Assembly (NCBI RefSeq): GCF_000008385.1 | Contig: NC_006833.1 | Span: 330,001-362,000, forward strand | Source of the DNA: Wolbachia endosymbiont strain TRS of Brugia malayi | Lineage (GTDB): Bacteria; Pseudomonadota; Alphaproteobacteria; Rickettsiales; Anaplasmataceae | DNA length: 32,000 nt | Direction of reading: 5' to 3' | Shown here: positions 9,560-20,301 of the stretch, piece after piece | Position numbering within the stretch: the first letter of the stretch is position 1 | Layout: each line of letters opens with the position of its first letter | Program-made: the position numbers and the translations under genes | The notes under the pieces: generated by a model | Seen by the model: the letters and a program-made list of their open reading frames with translations, nothing else | What the model was told of the DNA's origin: nothing | Databases searched by the model: none

Positions 9560-12050
9560 CCCACTCTATACTTAGCTTCTCATGTCTTTACACTTTTACA
9601 ATCACTTTGTAAATCCCTTATTTCCGTGAACGGTTACACCTAGTATTGCTAAAACCCTAAACTTCATCCAGTTCTACTAGCAATTTAACAACTTCTGAAT
9701 GATCAGAGTCATAATGTTTCTTAAAGATAGATAAAGCCTACTCAAGTAACTCCTTTTCTTGTGTTTACCTAAAGCTCTATGAACAATACCTAGGTTTGCA
9801 AGTATAATAGCAACTTTAAAATGGTCAGTTCCATAATATTTTTCAAAAATAGGTAAAGCCCGTTCGGGCAACTCCTGTTGTTTTTTGGGGTTACCTAAGC
9901 TAAAGTATCCATGACTTATCAATATTAACAAATACACAAGATAATCCTTCTCCATTGTCTGTTTTTTAAAGGATTTTCTTCTAGCCAATTATCTATATGT
10001 GATAAGAACGTTTCTAAATGCGGCAATAATTGTTGTTTCTAAGTATAATCTTCTAATTTATCCTGTCTTCAGGGAAGCTTTCTTTTAATAATTGAAAAAC
10101 AGTTTTTATATCTCTTTTAATTTTTCTACTTTCCTCTGACTTTAGCCTAATTGTATCTTGTACTAAACAGCGAATAAAGATACTCTCTCTGTTCATCGGA
10201 TACTAGCATCGAATATCTCAATAATATACCTAATACTTCTTTTCAAAAGGTTTTTTCAGAATTACTCTCTACAACTCTAGGAAATATTCTTGGCAAATTT
10301 TTGAGAATATCATTGTCTAAATATGCACAGGCTACTAACAACTTGCTTACTAGTTTAGGTTCATTACAAATTGCATTCATTGTAATATTTAAGTAATAAA
10401 CACAGGCTTATGGTTAGAATCCTTAGGCAGGGTTTTATAAGATAATAAATAAAGCTTCCTTTCTGCATAAATTTCTAAGTAACGTAAGATAGTCATTTTA
10501 TTTTCTTTGATGTAAGTGCAGGCCTGAGCCAAAGCCAAAGGTAATCTACTTAATTTTTCTGCTTAATGTGCCTATTTTTGGCCTAGCACTTTCTGAAACA
10601 CGACCTAGAATTTTCTTAACGTATGATTCTGATTCTGGAGGAGTAAAAACGTCTACACCTATACTTCCTTATGACCATTCAGTATTATGGAACGTAACTA
10701 TTATTTTACTGCCTTTTGTAGGCCTTAATTTAGAAATGACTTCATAATTTGGTACATTATCATAAATCAACAACTAGACTTCACGTTTAGAATCTTCTAG
10801 CCAGTTTTTCACATAATAAGCTCGCTGTGTAGTAGGAACTTTGTCCTCATCGTTAATAATGTTTAATGTTCTTCCAACTTAACGTACTCACTGGTTGGCT
10901 GATTTTTGTCTTTTGTATTAAACTAACATACTCTCTTGTATTCTTTTCATGTTTTTGAATAAAGTTTAGCACTGACTGTGTTTTACCTATTCCACCTAGA
11001 CTGTACAGAGCAGTTAATATGACAGGCTCATTTTCCGTTTTTAGATGATCTAATATTTTTTCATTGAGGTATTCTCGTTCAATGAAATTTCTACTATCTA
11101 TTTTAGGTGGAATGTTCCACTGTTCAAATAGACTCTCTCTAGGTTTGAGACTATAAAGGTGTTTTATAGCTTCCTTAAAATAATCATCTTTTCTTGTTAG
11201 ATAAGAAACTTAGCTATCCTATTATTCCCACCATTTTCTATCTTCCCGCGTGCAAAGTAAAAACCATATCAATGTCTTTCTTGTCTGATATTTTGTATAT
11301 ATTCCCTATTTCTTTCTTAATGATATCATCTAATTTTGAGTGGTTAGGTTGATTAACTATAAACCTTATTCTAAGTAGAAAATCTTCTATTTTATTATCA
11401 CTATCACAACTGAATTATTTTTTCAGTTTAGTATGATTTTTTATTTTGTAGCATGTTCCTTTTTGACCTTCATAGATGCTTAAAATATTATTATCTGTTA
11501 GACTCTTCCAAATACTTCTCTAATATCTCTATGTTATATTACTTTGCTTGACCTTTTTTTAAATTCACGTTGACATTAGTATGAATGACAAGTGTAGTAT
11601 TACTGTCTTGAAATTCAGTGTTTTACTTAGTCTTAAGTAAGATTCAAAAAAATATTTGTTTAATCCGAAATCCTCTTTCTGCCGCTTTCCATCGTTTCTA
11701 TCAGTAAACAAACCTTTAAAGGTAATATTTTTTGGGGCACTATGTGTTATTGCAGTGCTTAGCTTGAACCAGGACAATTCTCAATTTATTTTCCTAATTT
11801 TTATACTCAAAAGAAATATCATCAAAGGCTCTAAAACCTCCTATGTTTTATGCTAACCAAAAGTCAATTTCACCACTTAGCCCGTGGAGTAGGTACAGCA
11901 TTGATAATTTTACTTCATACTTACGACCTTTATCACCTCTTGACATGCCAGCTCTTTTCTTAAATGTAGGATTAACAAGTACTTCAAACTGTTTATTTTC
12001 TATGTTGATATCCTACTAAATCTACAAGTAACTCCGTCCTATAAAAAATT
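9560..12050 (-). pseudogene. Degraded nuclease-like / NB-ARC (STAND) ATPase / TPR multidomain protein
   Basis: Minus-strand conceptual translation gives MSRGDKGRKYEVKLSMLYLLHGLSGEIDFWLA*NIGGFRAFDDISFEYKN*ENKLRIVLVQAKHCNNT (about 11930-11745), KPRESLFEQWNIPPKIDSRNFIEREYLNEKILDHLKTENEPVILTALYSLGGIGKT (about 11160-10981, P-loop 10981-11001), and TPR-like LPERALPIFEKYYGTDHFKVAIILANLGIVHRALGKHKK (about 9900-9780). Stops and frameshifts throughout. Confidence 0.75.
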
Positions 12051-12254
12051 AAAGATTACCAGATACCTAAAATAATGCAATAGAATCTTTAGTGTTTTGA
12101 TAGAAGGCCTTTGAGAATAGGGATTGCTTGTAACTCTTAATTTGAAAAGATTTCTTAGGTCTTGTCGACATTAAGAGTAGTGATATAATGGAACCTTTAG
12201 TTATGAGGTAAAGAGAATACTATAATATTTAAAGGATGAGCAATAGAAGAAGAT

Positions 12255-12970
12255 ATAAAGACAGTCTGCTAGGTAAGAAAGTGGGTAAAGGAAGAAGTAC
12301 ACAAAAATAACAGGAAATTCATAGTTGCGGTAATGTGGATAGGTAGAACAGGAGCAACATGGAGAGCATTACCAGCTGGGTTGGAAAATGGTCGAGATAC
12401 ATAAATGTTTTATAAGATAGGAAAAACTGGTATTTGGCAGATGATTTTCAATACATTAGCTGTTAATAAAGACCGGAATGGCTCATGATAGGCTCAACAG
12501 TAATCAGAGCACATCAATATGCTGCTGTTACAGGAAAAAATGTGGAAACTAGTAGATAAGAACAAAAGCTGGGGCGATACAGAGGAGGCTTTTCAAGTAA
12601 ATTACGCGCTGCTTGTGATGCTCTTGGTAATCTACTGAAGTTTTTCGTTACTGCTGGCCAGGGATCTAATTATTCAAAAGCTTTAGATCTGATAGATGAC
12701 AGATATATGGAAGCACTTATTGCTGATAGAAGCTACGATGCAAATTACGTGGTTGGGGCAGCGAAAGCTGTGAACGTTGAATCTGTTACTCCATCACGTT
12801 CCAATAGAAAATACCAAGAGAATATGATAAAGAGTTATATAAAGAGAGGAATTTAATTGAGAGAATGTTTAACAAAATCAAGCATTTCCGTAGAGTTACC
12901 ACTCGTTATAACAAACTAGCTATGGCATTTTATCATTTGTTCATCTCACTAGTATATATCTCTAGCTGAA
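12255..12970 (+). mobile_element. Degraded IS5-family transposase
   Basis: Pieces in different frames: FIVAVMWIGRTGATWRALPAG, KTGIWQMIFNTLAVNKD, GQGSNYSKALDLIDDRYMEALIADRSYDANYVVGAAKAVNVESVTPSRSNRK, and the C-terminal FNKIKHFRRVTTRYNKLAMAF. Confidence 0.85.
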
Positions 12971-13062
12971 ATAAATATCGACACTACCTAAATCTAATAT
13001 ATCATTGCTGCGGGCTACGTTTGGTAATATAATCTCATATTAAATATACGTTACTTAAGTTT

Positions 13063-15720
13063 ATGTCAGGTTTTACTATAATTTTAACAACTATTCTTAT
13101 ATTTTTCATTTTTGTATTGTCGTTTTTTTTTAAAAGGACGTTTGGGTCAATAAATAAAAAGATAATAAAATCCTTCAGAAAGATTGTTGAACAAATTAAT
13201 GCACTAGAGACAAAAATGCAGAGTTTATCCGACGAGGAGCTTGCTGATAAAACCGAGGAATTCAAACGGGAATTGAAAAATGGAAAAACATTAAATGATC
13301 TTCTTGTACCCGCATTTGCAGTTGTGCGTGAAGCCTCTCGCAGGTTTCTTAATATGAGACACTTCGACGTTCAACTAATTGGTGGGATGGTCCTTCATAA
13401 TGGCATGGTATCAGAAATGAAAACAGGAGAGGGGAAGACACTCGTTGCAACCTTAGCTGCATACCTAAATTCCTTAGAAGGAAAAGGCGTGCATGTCGTG
13501 ACTGTTAACGACTACCTTGCAAAACGAGATACAGAATGGATGAGTAAATTGTATAACTCTCTTGGAGTTTCTGTTGCATTTATCACGAATGATTTGACGG
13601 ATGAAGAAAGGAAAGAGGCTTATAGTGCAGATATCGTATATTCAACAAACAATGAACTTGCCTTTGATTACTTGCGGGACAATATGAAATTTTCTCGAGA
13701 AGATATGGTTCAGAGAGGCTTCAATTATGCGATAGTAGATGAAGTGGATTCCATATTAATTGATGAGGCGCGTACTCCACTTATTATTTCTGGCCCGGTT
13801 GAGGAAAACAATCAAATATATAAGCACATAGATAAAATAGTTACTAAATTAGTTGACTCTGATTATGAAGTAGACGAAAAGGGTAGGGCAGTATTCCTCA
13901 CTGAAGATGGTATTTCACAAGTAGAGGAACTACTCAGGTCATATAATCTCATTTCTGAAAAATCCTCGCTCTATGATGCTGGCAACATGATAATGACTCA
14001 TTATATAGACCAAGCATTGCGTGCGCATAAGCTGTTCACTGCTGATAAAGATTATATAGTAAAGGATGGCAAGGTGGTAATTATTGATGAGTTTACTGGG
14101 CGTATGATGGAAGGCAGGAGATATTCTGATGGTCTTCACCAGGCACTTGAAGCGAAAGAGAATCTTGAAATTCAGTATGAAAACCAAACTTTAGCATCGG
14201 TCACGTTTCAGAATTACTTTCGTATGTACAATAAGCTTTCTGGTATGACGGGAACAGCGGCAACAGAGGCAGAAGAGCTTCGCGATATATATAGACTAAA
14301 TGTAGTGAAAATTCCCACTAACGTGACTGTAAAAAGAATAGATGTTGATGATGAAATTTATGGTACAGAAAAAGAAAAATTTAATGCTGTGTTGAAGTTT
14401 ATAAAAGAATGCCACAAACGCCTTCAACCGGTCCTCGTTGGTACGGTAAGCATTGAAAACTCTGAAAAACTTTCTGCACTTTTGCGAAATCATTTTCTTA
14501 GGCATTCAGTATTGAACGCTCGTTATCACGAACAGGAAGCATACATAATAGCACAAGCTGGAGTACCAGGTAATATTACTATAGCAACTAACATGGCAGG
14601 ACGTGGAACTGATATTCAGCTTGGCGGAAATGCTGAAATGATAGCAAAAGTAGAGCTGAAAAAGATCAAAAATGCTGATGAAAGAGAAAAAAAGTACCAA
14701 GAAATAATCGAAAGAGTAAAAAGAGATAAAGAAATTGCTATGAAAGCTGGCGGTTTATGTGTTATTGGAACCGAAAGGCATGAAAGCAGGAGGATAGATG
14801 ATCAATTACGTGGCCGTTCTGGACGTCAAGGTGATCCTGGACTTTCTAAGTTCTTTTTATCGCTTGAAGATGATTTAATGAGAATATTTGGCTCTGATAG
14901 AATGAGAAGCTTTTTAAAAAGAGTGGGGCTAAAGAACAACGAAGCTATTCATCACCCATGGATCAATAAAGCACTGGAGAAAGCGCAGAAGAAAGTTGAA
15001 GCTAGAAACTATGATGTGCGAAAATCCCTACTTAAGTTTGATGATGTGATCAATAACCAACGCAAAGTTATTTTTGAACAGAGAAACCACATTTTAGGCA
15101 ATGAAATTAATGATCTGTTTGAAGTGTATAGTGAAGTAAATAAGAGTGTGATGGAAAGTATAGTACAAGGTGGTTATTACGAAGATTATGTTGAAGATAT
15201 AGCCAAAGAATTTCATATAAGGTATGGAATAACACTTGATAAAAAAGACTTGGCGAAATTTTTGAACAAACAGGAAGCTTTGGATTATATAAATGGCAAG
15301 GTAAAAGAATTCTTTACTGAGAAAGAAAAATATTTCAATGGCCAGCAGACTACAGATTTGTGGAATACTATAGTAAAGCAAGTAATGATCATGACACTTG
15401 ATCATTTATGGAGGGAACACCTTTCAATTCTGGAGAGCTTAAGGCAAAGCATAGGTTTACGCGCTATGGGGCAGAAGGACCCACTGAATGAATTTAAACG
15501 TGAGGCTTTCTTGATATTTGAGTGTATGCTTGAAAGGGGGAAGGAGCTTACCATTCATCGTCTAGCGCACTTTAAGTTGGTAGATAACCAAGAAGTAGGT
15601 GGTAGGTTGCACCCTACTAGAAAAGACAATCTTCCCAAAGTCTCAAGAAACGATAAATGCCCTTGTAACTCAGGAAAAAAGTACAAACACTGCCACGGTG
15701 CGGTTACTGTGATGAATTAG
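13063..15720 (+). CDS. secA: Protein translocase subunit SecA
   Basis: [97 protein letters not shown], and the C-terminal zinc motif [13 protein letters not shown]. Confidence 0.98.
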   Translation: MSGFTIILTTILIFFIFVLSFFFKRTFGSINKKIIKSFRKIVEQINALETKMQSLSDEELADKTEEFKRELKNGKTLNDLLVPAFAVVREASRRFLNMRHFDVQLIGGMVLHNGMVSEMKTGEGKTLVATLAAYLNSLEGKGVHVVTVNDYLAKRDTEWMSKLYNSLGVSVAFITNDLTDEERKEAYSADIVYSTNNELAFDYLRDNMKFSREDMVQRGFNYAIVDEVDSILIDEARTPLIISGPVEENNQIYKHIDKIVTKLVDSDYEVDEKGRAVFLTEDGISQVEELLRSYNLISEKSSLYDAGNMIMTHYIDQALRAHKLFTADKDYIVKDGKVVIIDEFTGRMMEGRRYSDGLHQALEAKENLEIQYENQTLASVTFQNYFRMYNKLSGMTGTAATEAEELRDIYRLNVVKIPTNVTVKRIDVDDEIYGTEKEKFNAVLKFIKECHKRLQPVLVGTVSIENSEKLSALLRNHFLRHSVLNARYHEQEAYIIAQAGVPGNITIATNMAGRGTDIQLGGNAEMIAKVELKKIKNADEREKKYQEIIERVKRDKEIAMKAGGLCVIGTERHESRRIDDQLRGRSGRQGDPGLSKFFLSLEDDLMRIFGSDRMRSFLKRVGLKNNEAIHHPWINKALEKAQKKVEARNYDVRKSLLKFDDVINNQRKVIFEQRNHILGNEINDLFEVYSEVNKSVMESIVQGGYYEDYVEDIAKEFHIRYGITLDKKDLAKFLNKQEALDYINGKVKEFFTEKEKYFNGQQTTDLWNTIVKQVMIMTLDHLWREHLSILESLRQSIGLRAMGQKDPLNEFKREAFLIFECMLERGKELTIHRLAHFKLVDNQEVGGRLHPTRKDNLPKVSRNDKCPCNSGKKYKHCHGAVTVMN

Positions 15721-15800
15721 TAACACCGCTGGTTGCTTGCTCACATATGCTAATCTCTTTTAACGTGTTTGATAGATTTTGTGATTCCTCTTTTGTTTTT

Positions 15801-16270
15801 TTAGGAAGATCTAGGCTCTTTCTCTAATGACCTCATTAATTTCTTAATTTTATTTGATACAATAGCTATTCCAATTGCAGCTACAATTAGGAATAATAGT
15901 GCTGTAACCACTATAGCTAATAAAGAATTTGCTGTAATTGGTAAAGATAACAGGGAATCTATTTTAGTTATTGGGGCAGCACAACAAGGCCAATTCCAGT
16001 TACGGTACTTCCAATAGATAAGCCACCTAGGCATATAACGACTTTTATGGTTCGCTTAATTGCAATTATGTGGACCTTGGGGTGAGTGAGTTTGTTATGA
16101 GAGCTGCAATTAACGTTACTACAGAGATGCTATCAACGATCCACCTTTATCAAAGGTGAAAGACTGATCAAGGTACTTAGTGTAAGACCTATTAAGATGC
16201 TTACTATAGCTTCTATTATTTCTGCTATTCCCACTATCATTAAATAATTCGAACTAAACACTTTGCTCCT
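15801..16270 (-). pseudogene. Hypothetical small membrane protein, probably frameshifted
   Basis: ORF 15801-16034 contains LLAIVVTALLFLIVAAIGIAIVSNKIKKLMRSLEKEPRSS. Upstream in other frames are more hydrophobic segments (VGIAEIIEAIVSILIGLTLSTLI). Confidence 0.35.
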
Positions 16271-16459
16271 TTTTTATACTTACAGTTTTTTAGGTTTATC
16301 TTGTATTCTAAAATTTATATAAGTATTTTGCATGCTATAAACAGTATTTCATCAGTTTATTTTATAGAACTGTTAGTTCTCAGTTTAGTGCTATTTGCGT
16401 AAGTTCCAAGTGCAAGTGTCAAGCTAATCAGATTATAGTAGGTAATGCAAAAAGACTAA

Positions 16460-17455
16460 TTAGCGCTCTTTATTATTGGTATCGTCTTCAGTAAAAGCTT
16501 CCTCCCATGTGCCTTGGGTTGCTGCACGGCTATATTCTGTTACTCTATTTTCAAAGAAATTCGTATGTTCAACACCATTTAGTATTTCATCAAGCCAAGG
16601 AAGAGGGTTGTCATTAATATCATATATGGGCTTCAGGCCCAATTGCATTAACCGTCTGTTTGCTATATAGCGTATGTAATTACGTACTTCTTCTGCAGAT
16701 AGTCCTTCAACGTCTCCTAGGTCAAAGGCAAGCTTTATGAATTCATCTTCAAGTCCAACGATAGTGCGACATGCAGAATATAGTCCCTCTTTGAACTCAT
16801 CATTCCAAATTTCATTATTCTCTTTAATAAACGTATTGAATAAATTGATAATTGAGTTGGTATGCAAGGTTTCATCACGTGCTGACCAGGCGATTATTTG
16901 TCCCATGCCTTTCATTTTTCCAAAGCGTTGGAAATTGAGCAAAATTGCAAATGATGCAAATAACTGCAATCCTTCGGTGAATGCACCAAATACTGCCAGA
17001 GTTTTGGCCACATGCTTTTTATCGTGTTTTTTACTTTCCTCAAATTCTAGCATATATTCATATTTCTTTCTCATAGCATCATATTTTAAAAATGCTTGAT
17101 ATTCACTTTCTGGCATACCAATTGTGTCTAAAAGATAAGAATAAGCTGCAATGTGTATGGTTTCCATGTTGGAAAAGCTTGCGAGCATCATACATATTTC
17201 TGTTGGTTTAAATATGTTTGAATAATGCCTCATGTAGCAGTTGTTTACTTCAATGTCTGCTTGAGTGAAGAACCTAAAAATCTGAGTCAGTAAATTTTTT
17301 TCCACATTCAAGAGTTTAATTTTCCAATCTTTCACGTCATCAGCAAGCGGAACTTCTTCGGGTATCCAATGTATTCTTTGCTGCTGTAACCAAGCATCAT
17401 ACGCCCAAGGGTAATTAAAAGGTTTATATATTGGATCTGCTTCTAACAATGACAT
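16460..17455 (-). CDS. nrdB: Ribonucleoside-diphosphate reductase beta subunit
   Basis: 331-aa ORF with ribonucleotide-reductase R2 features: DIEVNNCYMRHYSNIF, EICMMLASFSNMETIHIAAYSYLLDTIG, FGAFTEGLQLFASFAILLNFQRFGKMKGMGQIIAWSARDETLHTNSIINLF. Confidence 0.95.
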   Translation of the reverse strand: MSLLEADPIYKPFNYPWAYDAWLQQQRIHWIPEEVPLADDVKDWKIKLLNVEKNLLTQIFRFFTQADIEVNNCYMRHYSNIFKPTEICMMLASFSNMETIHIAAYSYLLDTIGMPESEYQAFLKYDAMRKKYEYMLEFEESKKHDKKHVAKTLAVFGAFTEGLQLFASFAILLNFQRFGKMKGMGQIIAWSARDETLHTNSIINLFNTFIKENNEIWNDEFKEGLYSACRTIVGLEDEFIKLAFDLGDVEGLSAEEVRNYIRYIANRRLMQLGLKPIYDINDNPLPWLDEILNGVEHTNFFENRVTEYSRAATQGTWEEAFTEDDTNNKER

Positions 17456-17587
17456 AGAACACCTATTATTTTCTGAAGTAAATAATTATATTAAGCGATA
17501 TCAAAAATCAGTCAATTTAACTTTTACAAAATTTGACGACAGATAATTTATTAGTGTATTGTAACTTTAAGCTATTTATTAATAGAG

Positions 17588-17923
17588 ATGCGAGTACTAA
17601 TATTTCTTGTTTTGTTGTTTTTAGTAAGCTGTCACACTATTCACAATCACGGAGCTCCAGGCATTAGTATTGAATTGTGGAACAAGATAAAAGTAGGTGA
17701 TGATAAAGAAAAAGTGATTCACACTTTAGGATCACCGACATTGATATCTAAATTCGATGAACATATCTGGTACTATATCTCATATAAAATTAAACAGATT
17801 AATTTCTTAGGAAAGAGAAAATATAGTAGTAAATCTCTGCAAATTTCATTCGATCAGGATGATAAAGTTACAAGTGTAGAAGAAATTGACGTTTTAGAGA
17901 GGTCTTTGGCTGTTGTTGATTGA
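17588..17923 (+). CDS. bamE: Outer membrane assembly lipoprotein BamE/SmpA/OmlA family
   Basis: Lipobox signal MRVLIFLVLLFLVSC followed by IKVGDDKEKVIHTLGSPTLISKFDEHIWYYISY...KSLQISFDQDDKVTSVEEI, the typical SmpA/OmlA pattern. Confidence 0.85.
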   Translation: MRVLIFLVLLFLVSCHTIHNHGAPGISIELWNKIKVGDDKEKVIHTLGSPTLISKFDEHIWYYISYKIKQINFLGKRKYSSKSLQISFDQDDKVTSVEEIDVLERSLAVVD

Positions 17924-18114
17924 AAATTTGCTGCTGTGGAGTTTCTTTATAAAAAATGAAATTTTACTGTGCACTACTGATGTTATTCCAGTGTATGACA
18001 CACAACTGCACGAATATTGTGATTTGATATAGACCAGATAGCTCATAGAAATGCAAAAATTTGCTTGACAGGTTTAATAGTCTTCTTATCATAGTATTAA
18101 AGCTATTTATTTAT

Positions 18115-18430
18115 CTTCATAATCTGTGCAGGTCAATGACAAAAAATTTAGGGTATTAGGTGTATTATATTTAATTTTTTGTACTATATGTACCTTATGT
18201 CTTTGTAAATCTGGGTTTTTATCTATATAAGCATGAAATATGCTTATATAGCGTTTAAGATAGTAGAAAATGTCAAATTGATAAGGGAATACTTGAATAC
18301 TAGCTATCTTAGGGTTTTTTGCCTTTTTTCCTGCTTAGATAAGTTTCTTAACATTAGGTTAGATAAAAATAGCCGAATCACAGCGTTTAGAATAGAAAAC
18401 GCCAATATTTGAGGTACATATGGATAACTA
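18115..18430 (-). repeat. Dispersed noncoding repeat, copy B (inverted relative to copies A and C)
   Basis: Reverse complement 'cttaaacgctatataagcatatttcatgcttatatagataaaaaccc...aaagacataaggtacatatagtacaaaaaattaaatata...cctgcacagatta' aligns with 26610-26770 'cctaaacgctttataagcgagtttcaacttatataggtaaaaaa...gaagacataaggtacatatagtgcaaaaaattaaacata...tctgcacagatt'. Confidence 0.82.
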
Positions 18431-18520
18431 GCCAACCACAGGGGTTTCTTTTACCTTCTTTTCTATTTGTTAAATTTCTTAGTATTTGTAGCTGAAGCAA
18501 TTTAGGAACAAACGAAAATA

Positions 18521-18571
18521 GTGTCACGCACTAGTATGACAAGAAGAGGGTACTGGAATGACAGGAGAAGG
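18521..18571. repeat. Degenerate GTGTCA...CTGGAATGAC palindromic-element remnant
   Basis: 'gtgtcacgcactagtatgacaagaagagggtactggaatgac' shares word structure with the purL-embedded elements. Confidence 0.4.
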
Positions 18572-18729
18572 AAGCACTGAGGTAACAAATAAAGAGATAT
18601 TAGAATTACACTCTTCCCCTTTAGACGGTTAAATCACGACATTTATGTAGTCATGTGTCAGCTATTTTCATGACAGGAAGAAAGTGCTGAATTACGTATC
18701 CATTCAGCGGAGTAGCTATTTTGTAGCTA

Positions 18730-18800
18730 CCATCATTCAGCTACTTGTCAGCAAGATCTAGAGATACCGCGAATGAATCGCGGTATGATGAACTATGCCC
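18730..18800. repeat. Palindromic element with perfect hairpin ATACCGCGA-atgaa-TCGCGGTAT
   Basis: 9-bp stem at 18764-18772 / 18778-18786. Flanks 'gctacttgtcagcaagatctagag' match, in reverse complement, the element at 26300-26360 'ctctagattccgctaacaagcagc'. Confidence 0.8.
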
Positions 18801-18849
18801 AGTGCGTGACGCTATAAAAGAAAACAGTGTTACTGCTTGGATGATATGT

Positions 18850-19500
18850 GTGTTACAAGATTTTACCCGTTTAAAATAAAGTCTAGTATTACTTCATGCT
18901 AAATGTGGTAGTATTCAATGGGCAAGTCGGTTATAGGGCTGCATTTTATATGCTGCACGCATTGCGTTATCGCTATTGACCTAAAAAGTGGATTATTTTT
19001 ATAGGAACTACTGTCTGCTACATCAGCCATGATTATTTCGCCTTGATTGGATAATAATAAGTTAATTTTTATACTAAAATTCTCTTTGTAAGCTATGCTT
19101 TCAGGAAAGTTCCAGTATTTTGTAAGCTTGTTTCTTAATAGAGTCAATAAATTTTTGCTATGACTAACTCATTCTTTTTATTGTCGATACTTTTTTCGCT
19201 TTTTATTTCTCTAGGCTTTGCAATATCTCTCGATTTTTCATCTACGCTTTTTTTTTCTTCTTGGAACCTGAGTAGATTCTTCACTTTTGTCAATAGTGAC
19301 TTCTTCTTGCATTTCAATGATTTGCCTAAGTTGTACTGTTTTTGTTTCATAGTAGCAGTACTGAGTTGCTCAACTATCTTTTTTTTCTTTGTGTGTAGGA
19401 ACAAATTCTGTTATTGACGTATCATTTGTATGGCCTTTTGCTGAAAGTAATGAAAAAAGCAAAACACAACATAAGGATAGAAAAGGAACATAGTTAGAAC
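18850..19500 (-). pseudogene. tolA: TolA-like envelope protein (TonB/TolA C-terminal domain), frameshifted
   Basis: Signal or TM segment CSNYVPFLSLCCVLLFSLLSAKGHT, a Lys/Glu-rich linker (19144-19404 ORF), and a C-terminal domain NLLTLLRNKLTKYWNFPESIAYKENFSIKINLLLSNQGEIIMADVADSSSYKNNPLFRSIAITQCVQHIKCSPITDLPIEYYHI*HEVILDFILN. Pieces are in different frames, plus a stop near the end. Confidence 0.65.
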
Positions 19501-19724
19501 AAAGAAAACGCATATGTTGAAATCTACTTTACTGGTTTAAAGCTAATATTGTGCATAAAGTTAATATATTTCAGTTAGTTTGCTGTGAAATACCCTACCA
19601 CCAAAGCAAACAAAAGACCCTGGTGTTGTAAAATTATTATAGCTGATTTAAACTTGCAGTGGCTGCACCTTGCTAGTATGAAATAATCAACTTTAGGAAC
19701 ATGAAGCTACTGTTAGGAAACAGG

Positions 19725-20237
19725 TTAGGTATAAAGCTTAATATATTTTCTTTTTGCTAGGTAAAATAAATGTGCTGCTATAAATAAGCAGATGCTTAAT
19801 ATTGATGCGTAGGAAAATTTAAGAGTTAAGTCTCTGATATATATTAATAGACACTTATCTGCAGAAAATTTGTATAATAGCCCAAAATACGTAACGGTAC
19901 TATCAATTACTGATACTGTAATTAAGGTGATGAAATTTGTTATATGGAACCCGAACTTGGATTTCAATTTTTCAAAAATGATTATACTTGAGAAGAGGGA
20001 TACTAAAATTGCAATGTATGAAATGAATATCATCAAGCTAAAATTTTGCCATTTAAGAACACAACATAACACTGTATACGTTATTAGGCTGTACATAGCT
20101 TTTCTCTTACCATAAAACTCAACTATTGAATTTACAACTAAAGCAGCTCCTATGACTAAGGCAGCACATATTATCAATTTATTTGAACTGTTGAGTAAAG
20201 AAAGAATAATAAACAAAAGAATTGATAAAATAAACAT
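19725..20237 (-). CDS. VUT-family / queuosine precursor transporter-like membrane protein
   Basis: 170-aa multi-TM ORF. 'NSIVEFYGKRKAM' resembles the VUT motif (I..E.YG.KKAR), followed by FITLITVSVIDSTVTYFGLLYKF. Confidence 0.5.
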   Translation of the reverse strand: MFILSILLFIILSLLNSSNKLIICAALVIGAALVVNSIVEFYGKRKAMYSLITYTVLCCVLKWQNFSLMIFISYIAILVSLFSSIIIFEKLKSKFGFHITNFITLITVSVIDSTVTYFGLLYKFSADKCLLIYIRDLTLKFSYASILSICLFIAAHLFYLAKRKYIKLYT

Positions 20238-20301
20238 AATTACCTACCCAAATGTAACAATATACATTTATTCTAAGTAAATATTACACATAGTGAAAGA
20301 A

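Noticed and set aside
11656-11856. Plus-strand ORF MFNPKSSFCRFPSFLSVNKPLKVIFFGALCV...
   Set aside because: Antisense to the nuclease-like N-terminal part of the NB-ARC/TPR pseudogene, whose minus-strand motifs are more coherent.
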